In this document: positions 52,601 through 64,000 of the stretch, one piece after another | Numbering within the stretch: the first letter of the stretch is position 1 | How the letters are laid out: every line of letters starts with the position of its first letter | Source of the DNA: Phoronis australis | Lineage: Eukaryota; Animalia; Phoronida | Length of the DNA: 64,000 nt | Direction of reading: 5' to 3' | NCBI GenBank assembly: GCA_002633005.1 | Contig: NMRA01000505.1 | Location: 107,558 to 171,557 of the forward strand | The notes under the pieces: model-generated | What the model saw: only the letters and a program-made list of their open reading frames with translations | Databases searched by the model: none | Told to the model about the DNA's origin: nothing | Program-made: the position numbers and the translations under genes

Positions 52601-55600
52601 AATAAACGAAAACTGGAATTCCTTCTGAAACAATGGAAGGAAGATTTTGACTGTTTGAATGCTCATGACTGAAATAAAATGCGCCGACAAAAACAGTTTA
52701 TCTCTTGCGTCTGGGTCAGATGCGTTCAGGTTCGACTCTTTGATAAGTCACAAACGACGGCTCACTCAGCAGATTATGAAAAACATATAACTGAATTGAA
52801 AAGCCAGGCTAAACTTGTAGCGTGTTCACTGGTGAAATCCAAATACTACACACGTTTATTGAGCTTGTGCTGACAGGTATAATTTGCGACATTCATAATG
52901 TTTGGAAAGTATAGTTTGAGTTAATTACCTTTGGACAAGTGTCTTATAGGTCAGGACAAGTAAATTTCATTTCTACTTTTCCAGTCGGATAAAAGTTAAT
53001 GTCGAGCCGTGGTATGCATTACATGGTCCAGGCACTGAAGGATAGGCCAACACTTAAACATTATTGGTCCATGAGTTGAGAAGTCACGTATATAATGGAC
53101 CAATGCTACACCTCACCAGACCATGTGCTAACTCAAAGAGTTTCACAAACTCATCAAAATGTACTATGGATGAGATTGCCTGGCTTTAGTCTGTACCTGA
53201 TGTCAGTAATTTGTCCTTAGATGTAAGTGTATTGGTATTGGGGTACGATTAGAGTGAGCAGTTACTAGGATCCAATGCACAATTACAGAGAACATTTGTA
53301 AAGCTCAGAGAGACAACAGCCCAAACTATCCCCATAAAGGCAGTAGCAATTTACAATTTACTTGAACAGACAGGGACTAGGTGAGCACAGGAGGAACAAG
53401 GCAAGTCAAGTGGAGATTATTGTTTGCTTTTGAGGTGAGGATGTCACTATGACTCATCACAGCATAAGAAGCATAATTGAATGTCACGTATCTTATAATA
53501 AAAAGTAGGGGGACTGACAGCTCTCCTGTCATGACGGCATTAAAACAAATTCAAAATTAAAAGACTTCAAAGTTGAAATGCTCCTGGACAGTTTTGTCAG
53601 TATGTCACTTTTTGTATCTTCTACAGCTTTTGTCAAAGAATCAGCTGCAAGACTCCTCCATACTTACTGACATACTCATCCATGTTGAATGTCTTGACAT
53701 ACTTAAATGAAAGTTTTCCTGCTTCATAAAATCTCACAAGCTCTTGATACATCCCTAGTGGAGTGCCACCTAGTGGGAGAAACAACCTGATCAGCAAGCA
53801 ACGGAAATAAAGCACCAGAGGAACAAGGGTGCTTGACAATCATACGTATATGTATTGCTTTTAAAATTTGCATTCGTATGTACAGGGCGCTCAATGACTC
53901 AATTTTCGATATTGACCCCATTCAGCTTTGAAAAAACAAAAAACTCATGCAAAATTCCCCACATCAGGCCCAAGGTTAGAATCATCAAATACAGAACATT
54001 AATTTTGACAATGTTAAGCATTGCTGTTGAGGGGTGGAGGGGAGAGGATGCCCACTCAATTAGAAGGCATGGTACTTTTCCCTCAAGTGAGCGAGAGGAT
54101 TAAGGTATGCTGGTATGGTTCATACATTCAATGGTTAAACTGGATGACACAAAAGTTTAATGTGAATGAATGCCTGCCACCTATGAATTATTTCAGCTTC
54201 CAGGATATAATTATTGCAGTGTCATTGAAAAACAGGCAGTGAGTGAATAATTGATAAAATCTAATTCTGGAAAAAAATTGTTCTCAAAAAATTTAGCCAA
54301 GTTTTCGTAGGGCTAATGAACTACTGCATTCTTATTTCACGTCTAGCCAAAACAGCACTTGATATAGCTTTCAATGTAAACAGGTGTTTCTCAATCTTCA
54401 AAATGAAAATGAGCTCTGAGCTATGGATCAATATCCTCAACAACATTATTGACCTTAGTCACAGTTAGATTCAAACCATGTGACCTGTTGAATTCAAATT
54501 TCAAATTCTAATCACAATAGAATGAATACCTGTATTGCACCTAATGGGCATATGGCATGCTAGAACTTTACATTACTAACAGTAGCTGAGGGTACTAAAC
54601 TTTTTGAGGGAGGTATGGCGGCAAAATTAGGATGCCAACCCATTAGAGAGTGGACTGAAAAAGGGAGCGATTTCTAGGGTGTTTCCATGGAAAAATCGCA
54701 CTTTCATAGAACTTTGTAGGGATTTTCTAGGTTCAATTTCAACCCACGAACCTTGAAATAAGGAGACAAATTATCAAAAAATGTTTTGCAACTTAACCTT
54801 TAAAAACAGATAAAAAACTTTCTGTTCAAGTTGAAAGAAGGAACCTTTTGTAGAGCATCCAAAGTGAACCTAACTCAGCCGTAGTGTCTAACTCAGCCTT
54901 AGTGCCACGAAAATGAAAAACTGCTGGTGATGGTGACAATCTGTGGACTCAATTGGACAAGGCATCTTTTGTGGGGAGTTATGTCAGTTCATGGCACCCT
55001 TCTGCAGCAGGGAGTTATGTTAGTTCAGGGCATGCATCCTTCTGCAGCGAGTTATGTCAGTTCATGGCACCCTTTTACAGGGAGTTATGTGAGTTCAGGA
55101 CGCGCACCCTTCTGCAGGGAGTTATGTCAGTTCAGGGCATCCTTTTACAGGGAATTATATCAGTTCAGGGTACGCACCATTCTGCAGGGAGTTATGTCAG
55201 TTCAGGGCACCCTTTTACAGGGAGTTATGTCAGTTCAGGGCGCGCACCCTTCTTTCAGGAAACTGGGCATATGGTAAAATCTCACCAATTTCGGAGAAAA
55301 ATAAGTTTTCATTTTTCAATCTGAGCTTCTTACATTGCTGAGAATGCGCATCATATTTCTTCAAAACAATGTTTGATAGTACAAAAGCTATCCAATGACA
55401 CTACAAAAGCTGAACACGAGAAAGTATTAATTTGGCGCTTCTGATATCTTTCATGAAAATCAGAAAATAAAAGTTCATATGTTGGCCTTATTGTGTCTAA
55501 GACACAATATGGTGACATCTGAGCAGGCTTACATCTGAGCGGCACATCCCACATAGCTTTTCTATTGGAGTAGCCCTGCAACAATAGCCAGTTATGTTAA

Positions 55601-55779
55601 GGGAAACAATATTGTACAATTAAAGACACATGAAATATTTGATTGGTGACACTACCTGTAGGAAGTCCTAAGGTGAAGTATTTGTCTGGGCCAGGGTTGA
55701 ACTCCTTAATTCTCTGCTTCACGTAACGAGCTGCCCAAATGCCTACTTCTTTACTGCTGTCTAGTATGATCAGCTTCAT
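43683..55779 (-). CDS. GNPDA: Glucosamine-6-phosphate deaminase (isomerase), 280 aa; exons 55779-55656, 53769-53668, 47713-47531, 44825-44641, 43931-43683
   Basis: The joined protein has MKLIIL...[15 protein letters not shown]...[22 protein letters not shown]...[26 protein letters not shown]...[28 protein letters not shown]...[13 protein letters not shown]. Exons of 124/102/183/185/249 nt have canonical GT-AG boundaries and consistent phases. Confidence 0.97.
44271..44357. repeat. 16-bp tandem repeat AGGACTACCTGGCAAT, ~5.4 copies
   Basis: Directly visible in the last GNPDA intron. Confidence 0.95.
46411..46757 (+). mobile_element. P-superfamily-like MITE (internal deletion derivative of the THAP element)
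   Basis: Termini CATAGA...TCTATG, with an exact 7-bp TSD GTGCAAT (46404-46410 and 46758-46764). It retains the first THAP codons ATGGTCGGCTGTTGTGTG. Confidence 0.8.
49255..52387. mobile_element. P/Galileo-like element with perfect 29-bp TIRs and 7-bp TSD, nested in the hAT5-like element
   Basis: TIR CAGGAAGAGATAACCAGGAAGGGACAACT is perfectly inverted at 52359-52387. TSD GTAGTAG lies at 49248-49254 and 52388-52394. A weak THAP-like remnant (C..LGC...FTLPKD) lies at ~49410-49540. The element contains the N gap. Confidence 0.8.
49541..50201. other. Assembly gap (661 N)
   Basis: Run of N. Confidence 1.
54960..55262. repeat. 33-37-bp minisatellite (AGGGAGTTATGTCAGTTCAGGGCACCCTT..), ~8 copies, alternating variants
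   Basis: Directly visible in the GNPDA intron. Confidence 0.92.
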
Positions 55780-55919
55780 CTTGAAACTGTAAACAATTAT
55801 TGAATATACTGTCTAGTATGATCAGCTTCATCTTGAAACTGTAAACAATTATTGAATATACTGTCTAGTATGATCAGCTTCATCTTGAAACTGTAAACAA
55901 TTATTGAATATACTGTCTA
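55757..55919. repeat. Exact 52-bp triplication containing the GNPDA splice acceptor and start codon
   Basis: Units 55757-55808, 55809-55860 and 55861-55912 are identical, followed by a 7-bp partial CTGTCTA. Confidence 0.95.
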
Positions 55920-56812
55920 AATTGAAACTGTATACAGCGTTAGTTCAAACAATATAAACTTAGTTCATGGTTTTAGCCACCAATCATCAATGTCATCACT
56001 TTCTGGTACACCCAGTTAAGGCTTTGGTGTGCCATTGTTTGCAACATAATTTCACATCAGCGCCACCTAGCTATTGCGACTGCCATGTTCACACCTCTCG
56101 TTAAATCACTCTTACAGATAACCGTGCTGTAGTTGCAACAATTAAAACTAGTTTTAAAGTGTTCAGAATGAGTTATTTATCATTAAATCAGTTTTTATTT
56201 TAATAACTGTTTTCTTGAACAGGGTATAACTATAAGACCACCTTTTTAGTTAACTGTTAACAGAACCTGTATTGTATAACTAGGTCTACATCATAAAAGC
56301 AAATTTTTTAAAAAGGACGCCTATACCTTTTGGAAGGCCTTTTGTCAATTTGACATAAAAACTAACAAAACGGCATTTCAAAAGAACCTTTTCGGTCAAT
56401 TTCTATACAAGTAAAATTAACATTAGCATTTCTGCAATTGCTTGCTTTTCAGTTTACTTGATAAAATGTGCTTAATGGGTAAGTGCAAGCTGTGCTATGT
56501 AAAAATTGCAAGTTGCTGATTTGGGCAAGTAAACCAAGGACTGCTGGAGAAAAAAGGTTAGATATGAGTTCAAAGGAATTAAAGACATCGAGGACTTCCT
56601 CCGGTATACCTCTATGAGCAAAGGTATATTTACCGTACTCACCCGTGTTAGGAACCAGGGCACTTAAAATCAAGGGGTGGGTATTAATCTGAGCATGGGT
56701 ACTTAAAAACAAAGTTTTTGAGAGGTTAGGGGCAGGCGCTTACCCGAGCAGTTAATTGGGAGAGCTAAAATTACATCAGACTTCACATTGGTAGTAGTAG
56801 TAATGGGCTTAA

Positions 56813-59483
56813 GTACTAGTCCACGAGAGCACCAGCCATCCAGCGGCAAGGTGGGGGGTCAGGCGATTTTCACCAAATTTGGCACATAGGTAGTCCTATG
56901 GGATCTGTAAACAGCGGTAAAATATTTCCTCAAAATATTGCGTTTTTCCAAAGTTATGGGCTCAAACACATTTTACGGCTTCGCAGCCATGTTTTCACGG
57001 TATAAAAACTGTCCAGTTTTAACTGTTTATATTTTTCCTTGAATGAAAGCTATTTATTATTCACTTGGCATTGTTTAGTGGTGCCTATAGATTGTTACAC
57101 AGATGTCTTGAAACACGATTCCGATTTACAACCCTCATTTAGTAGTTTTACTACACTGCCCCCCGTTATGCCATTTTGAGGTTGTGTTCAGTATACTGCT
57201 GTACCAAATCTGCCCCCACTGCTATGAGAATGAAACTTAGCCAAAATGTTGACAAAACATGTTACTTTCATTGTATAAAATAAGAACTTTGTCAGCCAGT
57301 TTATTAGTTGTACATTTTGGCACCTCAAATATACTAAAAAGAGAAATTTTCATATATATCTGAGATCGATGCGTGAGCACTGTAAAATCCGATTGTCCTT
57401 CATGTTTTTCGATATTTTGCAACAAGTTAGTTCTTCCTGAATGTTTTGAACGTTTTACTACTTAACACTTAGGGCTATAGTATCCCTAAATACCATACAT
57501 GGCTCCATTTTGTAAAAAGCCGATTATGTCCTCCACAGTGAACAGGGTTAGACATGAACTCGACAAATGTAGGTTATTTTGATTTACAGTTGTTTTACTT
57601 CGCAATTTCCTCATGGGTATTTCTTCACACATATTCAAGTCAGATTTTCTGTTGATCAAATGTTCATGCAATGCATTGTAATATCAAATGAATGATAAGT
57701 TTGGTGGCATGACCGTAATTTTTCCCACGACTTAAAAAAAGACTGCAGAAATTTTCCTGACGAAATACCGGGTTTGCAGTTCTCTAAAAACATTCGAATG
57801 ACCAGACAAACTCCACCACTGTCCGTGGCAACTCGTCGCATGTTTTTCGCCCATCGGTCCTATCATTGTTTTCCTTAATTGTTGTGTCATTGTTGGATAT
57901 AACAACACAGGTCGCATGGATATAGAACCTTGCATACATCAGACCGTTGCCAATAAGTGCTCGTCATTATATCTTTATTATAACAACGGGAACAATGAAG
58001 ATGCTAATCTATTGTTCTCTACGCGACCAGGTTTCCCGTGGAAGACCACAGACGAGGAATCCCAAAGTATCCACAAACAATGACCACACACCTCAGTAAC
58101 TATTTCCGAGGAACCTAACCACCAAATTTTAAATTCATGTATTGTGTTGTATTGCTCATGGTATGGGTTCAGACTCCGTTGTATTAAGATTCCAATCCCC
58201 AACCCTGTAATATGTAAAATTTCTAGACAATGCAGGTTTATGGATTTATTCTCCTTTAAATGAAGAGTAAAAATCAATTTCTGCACTGGTTTTTTAAAGG
58301 TAATCACTTATTGGAAGATCACACATCTAAAAAACAAGAGAACGCGGAGCGTTGAAATGCGCCCACAAATGCATTTCAAATGGTGTGCTTTTAGGGTTAT
58401 TTATTTGTATCATAAAAATGGCCACTAGATGGCGCAAAAAAATACAATCTATCCAAAAAAACAGGAACATTCTTTTATCAAGTTTTCGTCGCTGAGAGTA
58501 CCTAGGTTGCGTACATGTTATAACAAATTATAGGAACTTGTTCCATTTTGTTACGAGTTTTTAGTATTTTTATACCAACAAACCGAATTTTTGAACAACC
58601 TTGGTACTGCGAAGCTGTCATCATGTCCCGAAAGACGTCTCAAATTTTTCGGAAAAAGCGCGTGCGCCTTGTCACGAGCGTTCTGTTTTGGAACGGACGA
58701 CACACTTACTTGTTAAAAAGGCGGCAAATTATGCTATCAAATGACGTTTATTTGATTGTTTTCCACTTAAACAGCTGCAACGAACAGTGGGATTGTCAGG
58801 TGACTACCAAATACGCCCCCGCCGGTCCGAGCTTTATATGTTTATGTAGCCTAAGTTTTACGAGGAGGTGCCGAACGAGCATAAGTCAACTATACCTGGG
58901 TAGTCAACGGCCGTCTGAAATTTTGGGGTTAAAGGAGCTCAACACACAGTGGTACGATAGTCTTCATAACAGCTATAGTCGGTAACATACCAACCCTTCA
59001 AGTTAACAGCGCTGAGTGCTGACAGCTGGCTGACTGGGTGGCTAGAGTCCACACTGCGTACGACACAGTCACACCTGTGTAAATTGTTGATACAGACTGG
59101 TTGCACCGGCAAATTCTCATCTGACGATGATGATGACTGGGTATCACTTTGTGTTGCCTCGGCTCAAACAGGTATTCCTGGTGACCCGACATTTCACACT
59201 AAAATTTCTTATTCGGACAATATAACAACGCTACTTGATTGCAAGCTAACACAGGACAGTGACTTTGCCCCGCCAAATACGTCACGAGACTAAGCAGCGC
59301 TCCAAGCCGGTAATTTTTTGAGCTTCGTTATAGAATATAAGTTTAATTTTTGTTGTTGAATTATTTGTGAAATTAATCAACAATTTATGGAAAACTATCT
59401 AGAATATATTCAGAATAAAATATTTAGAAATTTCGAGGGTGGGCGGTAAGCAGTACAATTGGTCCTTACCCGGATGAGTATGT
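56813..59483. mobile_element. Possible old Kolobok-like element in the presumed GNPDA 5' UTR intron
   Basis: TTAA-GTACTAGTCC at the left and a degenerate GGATGAGTATG-TTAA at the right. The internal motif GAGTGCTGACAGCTGGCTGACTG resembles 35349-35375 in Kolobok-like B. The TIR match is weak. Confidence 0.3.
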
Positions 59484-59896
59484 TAAAGCAATTTTACTAG
59501 TAGCTGTAAGGCATAATTTGCCAAAAAGCTTCTGGCAAATGAATGCCCAATGGGAGCTTCAGTCTCCACTATCGCTATCTAGAGACAGTTTGTCATTGTC
59601 TAGTGACTACATCTCCATGTGGACACAGGCGTCCTCAGCTTCTGATTGTTTCCAATCCAATACACTATACTACAAAGTATGACACTCGGGACTAGGAATT
59701 CCATGGGCACTTCACTTCAGATGTCCTTATCAAACACATAACTTAAAGTCCTTGTCTCACGCGTTGTTAACCCTTATTACATGGTTAGAAGATGTTATAA
59801 GGATCCAAGAAGTACCTACCCCATAACTAATACACGATCCGTACTCGAAAACAGTTTAAATGAACGCGCCACTCACGATTCGCACCCGAAGAAACA

Positions 59897-59929
59897 CCGC
59901 CATTTTGAACTTGCCGCGAACCCGGAAGT
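59897..59929 (-). promoter_or_regulatory. Candidate GNPDA housekeeping promoter/TSS region (YY1-type and ETS-type motifs)
   Basis: CCGCCATTTTG at 59897-59907 (CAAAATGGCGG on the minus strand) and CCGGAAGT at 59922-59929, in a CpG-rich patch. A candidate minus-strand donor GTAGGT starts at 59819. The GNPDA ATG is preceded by a splice acceptor, so an upstream UTR exon is required. Confidence 0.4.
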
Positions 59930-61951
59930 ACAATTCATTCAGGAACCCAGGCCGAGAAAACGCCGTCAGTGCGACTGGAGCAGTGCCTGTACTGTTACCA
60001 GCCAGCAAACGGGGATAAAAAAAATCGACAGCGCGCCTTAATTTTGATAAAATCAAACTACGGACAATTTTATGGAATTTGCTGAAGAAATGTGGCGAAT
60101 AAATTTTGACAGAAATTATTTTGCCAGACTCGGGACCGCAGCCTATCGGACCCGGTGCGGATCGAGACCAGACACTGGCGAACGGTAAATGCATGCGGTT
60201 GCAAGCTGTTTTGTCGAAGTAAAATGGTCAAATGATAAATGCTGCATATATTCAAAGGTAGTTTCAGACACTTGCATGAAATTACGGGCTGGTTAGTCCT
60301 GTGTCACACTGCTGGCCACAAACACAAAAAACACGAAAATTGAACAAAGTTTCTTTTTTGTAGCAACGTTTGTCAAAATGTATCAACGTTAAATCTTCAC
60401 AAATTACAAAGTAGCCGATTGAACATGCCTTTCAGTTCAGCAAAAGTCGACATTGTAGGTGCCGCCAGAAATGAGACGATCGAAGTCCAACGGGAATTGT
60501 GAGCACATTTATCACTTAATGAGTAACAACTGCGAGGCTGAAATTTGGTGAACACTGCTAAATCGTGCAGAATAGTAAGTAAAGATATGTCTAACTAAAT
60601 TTTACCGTAATTTGTTGGCGAAAACAATTTACACAAAGTTTTAAACTCGTAACTCATCCCGCTGTCCTCCAATATGGCCGACGCGATCCAAACAAAGTGA
60701 CCCAAATTTCGCCACAAAACTTGCAATAACTTTACAGTGCTTGCCCCGATTTTGATACTTTTTCGATTTTTACTGAGTAGAATGTACTACCTTTCCGATG
60801 ATAGCAAAGTACTTTTTCAAAACGAGGAAAAAAATAAAACCGAAAAAAAATGGTTCGACCCATATTGGTTCCTAGGTTCGACCGGCCTACGTAAGGAACT
60901 AAACACCAATGCTATTTTAACATACTAAGTACGCGTAACATTCCAAAAAAATCAACGACCACTAACTACAAACTATAAATACACTACATATGCAAACGAA
61001 TCACGATATATTACTAATAAAACAAAATAATGAAGACTTTTCGAGCAAGCCATAGCACATTCAGTTACAAGGAAAAAATGGCGGCGTTCAGGACAAGTTC
61101 CTGAACTGATGAGCCGGAAATGTGGGTACGGAAATAACCGATGACAACCGGTAATCATACGCTCAGAGAGAAGGGTCAAATACTGTTAAAAAATCGCTTT
61201 TGGCAAGAAAGGCGAAAAGAATATAAAGAAAGGGTGTCGAAAATAAGAATTTATGTAGTAAGTATTTTCGGATACTAGAACCACATGGGCAGTTTGCAAC
61301 AAGGACTTTAATAAATTTACGCAAGAACCATGAGTAATTGTTCTTTCTTCCGATAGCATTTACGGTTCCTGATCCTACGAGTTCGCAACAAATTCATAGT
61401 CAGAGCACTAAAATCTTCCCAAAAAGCCAAATGAAAATTACTGATTTGTCACGGAAGGTCACAACATCAGTAACTCCACACTAATTTGTAAACTTCCATG
61501 ATAAACTGGCAATAGCCGTCCATCCGTAATTCATCGGATAATTCCGTACCGGCACATTGACAGTATGCAGCAGCTTCTTGGGAAGAATTTTGTGCTTCGA
61601 CTGCAAAATTTGATGTGAACTCGCTAGAGCAAAACACTGTAAATGCTATCAGAAGAAAGAACAATTACTCATGGATTGCTGAAACCCTGTTTTGTGTAAA
61701 AATTTATTGAGTTTTGTTTGATATGGACGGCTGAAGTGAAGCACCCAAGGAATTCCTTGTCCCGAGTGTCATACCTAGTTGTAGTATACAGTGTATTGGG
61801 CCATTGGGGATGATCAGAAGCTGAGGATGCCTGTGCACTGTGGACTGAGATGTTCAACACCACAAAGCAGAAATTGAGTTAAACGATTCTGATGATCGGC
61901 TCTCACCCAAGCACCTCAGCGGAAATATAGGAGTCACCTTATCTTTCAGGG

Positions 61952-62075
61952 TGGGTACTAAGTCAGCTTATCTTTTACAATGGGTACTCAGTCAACTCAT
62001 CTTTCTACAATGCCAATGGGTACTCAGTCAACTCATCTTTCTACAATGGGTACTCAGTCTGCCTCAGTCAACTCA
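61952..62075. repeat. ~30-bp tandem repeat TGGGTACTCAGTCAACTCATCTTTCTACAA, ~3.5 copies
   Basis: Directly visible. Confidence 0.85.
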
Positions 62076-62798
62076 ACTCAAGTTTAAACTAAAGACTAGC
62101 ATTGGCATTTCCTAGCTCACCTTTTCAGTTTTACATTAGTCATTTTGTGATATGTAAAGTTTTTCATCAAATTCAATGAATTCAAAATAAGCAAAGTAAA
62201 AGGGAAAATTGAAGACGTACCTTATCTCCTTATCGCACAAGCAGAAACAATAACTGTACCTCAAATCTCACTTGTTCTCTGGTTCTTTGTTTACATGCAG
62301 TGCACTGTAAGACCCTTCAAAACAGCTGACCCAATCACTAAATCATTCGCTTGCATGTGACTTAGATTGTGAACTTTTCATTCCCCAGCATTAGGGGTCA
62401 ATGGGTCTTGTTTACTAAATTTTAGTTGGTTTCTTCAACGAGAAAAAGTTTACATATATTCAAACGCAATATTTGAGTTACGTACCAGTAAAATTTACTA
62501 ATTCCTGAAAAATCAACTGCACATTGCTTTTTCTTTGGTAAACATATGAGCAACCTCCTTCCCGAAATTGCCTCCTTCACCTTGTTATGTGGATTTTCCC
62601 AAAGGAGATGTCGAGCGACCACGACAAAATAACGACAGCTGAGGTCAATATTTGTGCAGAAATTGGTATTGAGTGATTCTTGATAATTCCTAAGGTTATG
62701 TTTATCACTGAAAAAGTCTGGTTGGAATTTGCTGAAGCTTATGTGAATAAGAATTTTACGCCTTTTACGACAGCTTAGCTTGCGGCAGTGAAAGAAGC

Positions 62799-63051
62799 AT
62801 GGCGGCGTTGGGAAGAGTTCTGTTACGTGCTTCTTCGACAAATCGCACACTAAAGAAGACATTTCTTTTATTAAGTCTCAATCAGTCACGAATTAATAGG
62901 CATGTGACAAAATTATATTTGCTTCCATTGTTTTCCAAAATTAGTAATGGTTTGGGGTCGCATTCGTCACGAAACCTTACGTCGTCTGCTTTGCTCATCG
63001 CCAGTTTTGCTGGAGCAGTCGCATACTGTCGTGCTGGTGACGATCATAATA
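62799..63051 (+). CDS. First coding exon of an unidentified, probably mitochondrially targeted protein (gene continues beyond the window)
   Basis: ATGGCGGCG start. The N-terminus is R/L/S-rich and free of acidic residues (MAALGRVLLRASSTNRTLKK...), followed by a hydrophobic segment ending ...FAGAVAYC. A strong donor GTAAGC lies at 63052 (phase 1). The layout resembles presequence-plus-TM precursors such as mitochondrial CLPB, but identity cannot be established from this exon. Confidence 0.65.
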
Positions 63052-64000
63052 GTAAGCTTCTGAGTTTGGTTTCTGACTTCAGTTTAGAGATTATTGATCT
63101 TGAAATTATGTTTGTATTTTGAATCCTATCTCTTGTTATTTTGATTGTTGATAGGCGTCGTAAAGTTCCTCGACCTATTGATCTGATGCAATTATTATCA
63201 TCGATGACTATGAGGACCACAGGCGTCCTCAGCTTCTGATCCTCCCCAATACACTATATAGGATTCCTACTTTTCCTAATTTTTCCTACTTTTTGACCTG
63301 TTCCTACTTTATCCTACTTTTTTCTCATTGCTCTAAACTTTCCGTTTGAGTTATGTTTTTGGAGAAGTAAGTAATCGTTTTAAGCTTTAATCTAGGAATG
63401 TGACAAAGTCTTATCTCAACGCTGATTGGCTTTTCCAAGATGTTGCGTAATGGCGATTATCGATTAGACAGCCATTGTTTCACGGTGGCTATAGTATTTC
63501 CACTCTCTCTCCTCCAGAAACCAAGGAAACGGGGAACCACATTATTGATGACGTAGACCGTAAATTCTTCTGGGCATACGTAATTTTCTTTGTTGAATTT
63601 TCATTCTTGTCAAAGCATGTCACTGGTGAGAAGTTGGGGGAATTTTTCGCTCCTGTTTGACTGCTTGTATTTTGAAAGGTAAGTTATTTTTTCTTATGAA
63701 AGGTATTCTTTATTCTTTTTTTATATCTTTTGCAACTGCTCACCAAATTTCAATTCAATCAAATCACCGTGTCATGATCTGCTAACTCCGTGAAAGTTAA
63801 GACCCGAGGCAGGCATTCTCGCCAACCAGCCATAACGGACCAGTGTATCGGCATTGCCGTTTATGGTTAACAATTGCTCTTAAATTAGGTAGATTGACTA
63901 GTTTATGTAAATTAATAGCAGAATTGATCAATTTGGATGAAGTTCCATACATTTTCATGTGTATTTTTTGTATATCAATGACTTTGTAAGGTGTAGTATA

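Larger units (their letters stand above)
47885..53011. mobile_element. Non-autonomous CA..TG DNA transposon with 5-bp TSD (hAT5-like) in GNPDA intron
   Basis: TIR CAGGGCTCGACATTAAC / GTTAATGTCGAGCCGTG (16/17 match), TSD GTATG at 47880-47884 and 53012-53016, and subterminal GGACAA repeats at both ends. Confidence 0.8.
59620..63258. repeat. Three copies of a short interspersed repeat: 59620-59740 (+), 61710-61845 (-), 63215-63258 (+, partial)
   Basis: Shared core CACAGGCGTCCTCAGCTTCTGAT...CCAATACACTATA(C)TACAA..TATGACACTCGGGAC.AGGAATTCC. Confidence 0.75.

Noticed and set aside
58548-58985. 145-aa ORF (and the 146-aa ORF at 62422-62862)
   Set aside because: No recognisable domain. The first has a non-ATG start in repeat-like sequence, and the second is antisense to a promoter/first exon.

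Overview
Eukaryotic (invertebrate metazoan) genomic DNA with spliceosomal introns; there is no prokaryotic operon or CRISPR content. Five protein-coding genes were reconstructed by hand from GT-AG boundaries and phase consistency. (1) An acatalytic carbonic anhydrase-related protein (CA10/CARP type; + strand, 8 exons in window, 909-13602, 5' exon not found). (2,3) Two tandem, intron-poor TRPC-family channel paralogs (- strand, 16663-19685 and 24624-30332, 3 coding exons each). (4) Glucosamine-6-phosphate deaminase GNPDA (- strand, 5 coding exons, 43683-55779). (5) The first exon of a divergently transcribed, probably mitochondrial protein (62799-63051). The rest is densely packed with non-autonomous DNA transposons (Kolobok-like, P/THAP-like with 7-bp TSD, CA..TG elements with 5-bp TSD, Harbinger-like and Mutator-like), minisatellites, hairpins and a 661-nt N gap. 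The most notable observations follow. Both TRPC paralogs natively carry Ser at the S4-S5 linker Gly whose substitution opens mammalian TRPC4/5, and both lack the selectivity-filter Gly. A 52-bp exact triplication copies the GNPDA splice acceptor plus start codon. A multi-level transposon nest at 33.3-41.8 kb has an ATAA/TTAA/ATAA target pattern and carries an intact orphan PHD-finger ORF. A palindrome is built from tRNA-like units. All alignments were done by eye and no database searches were run.
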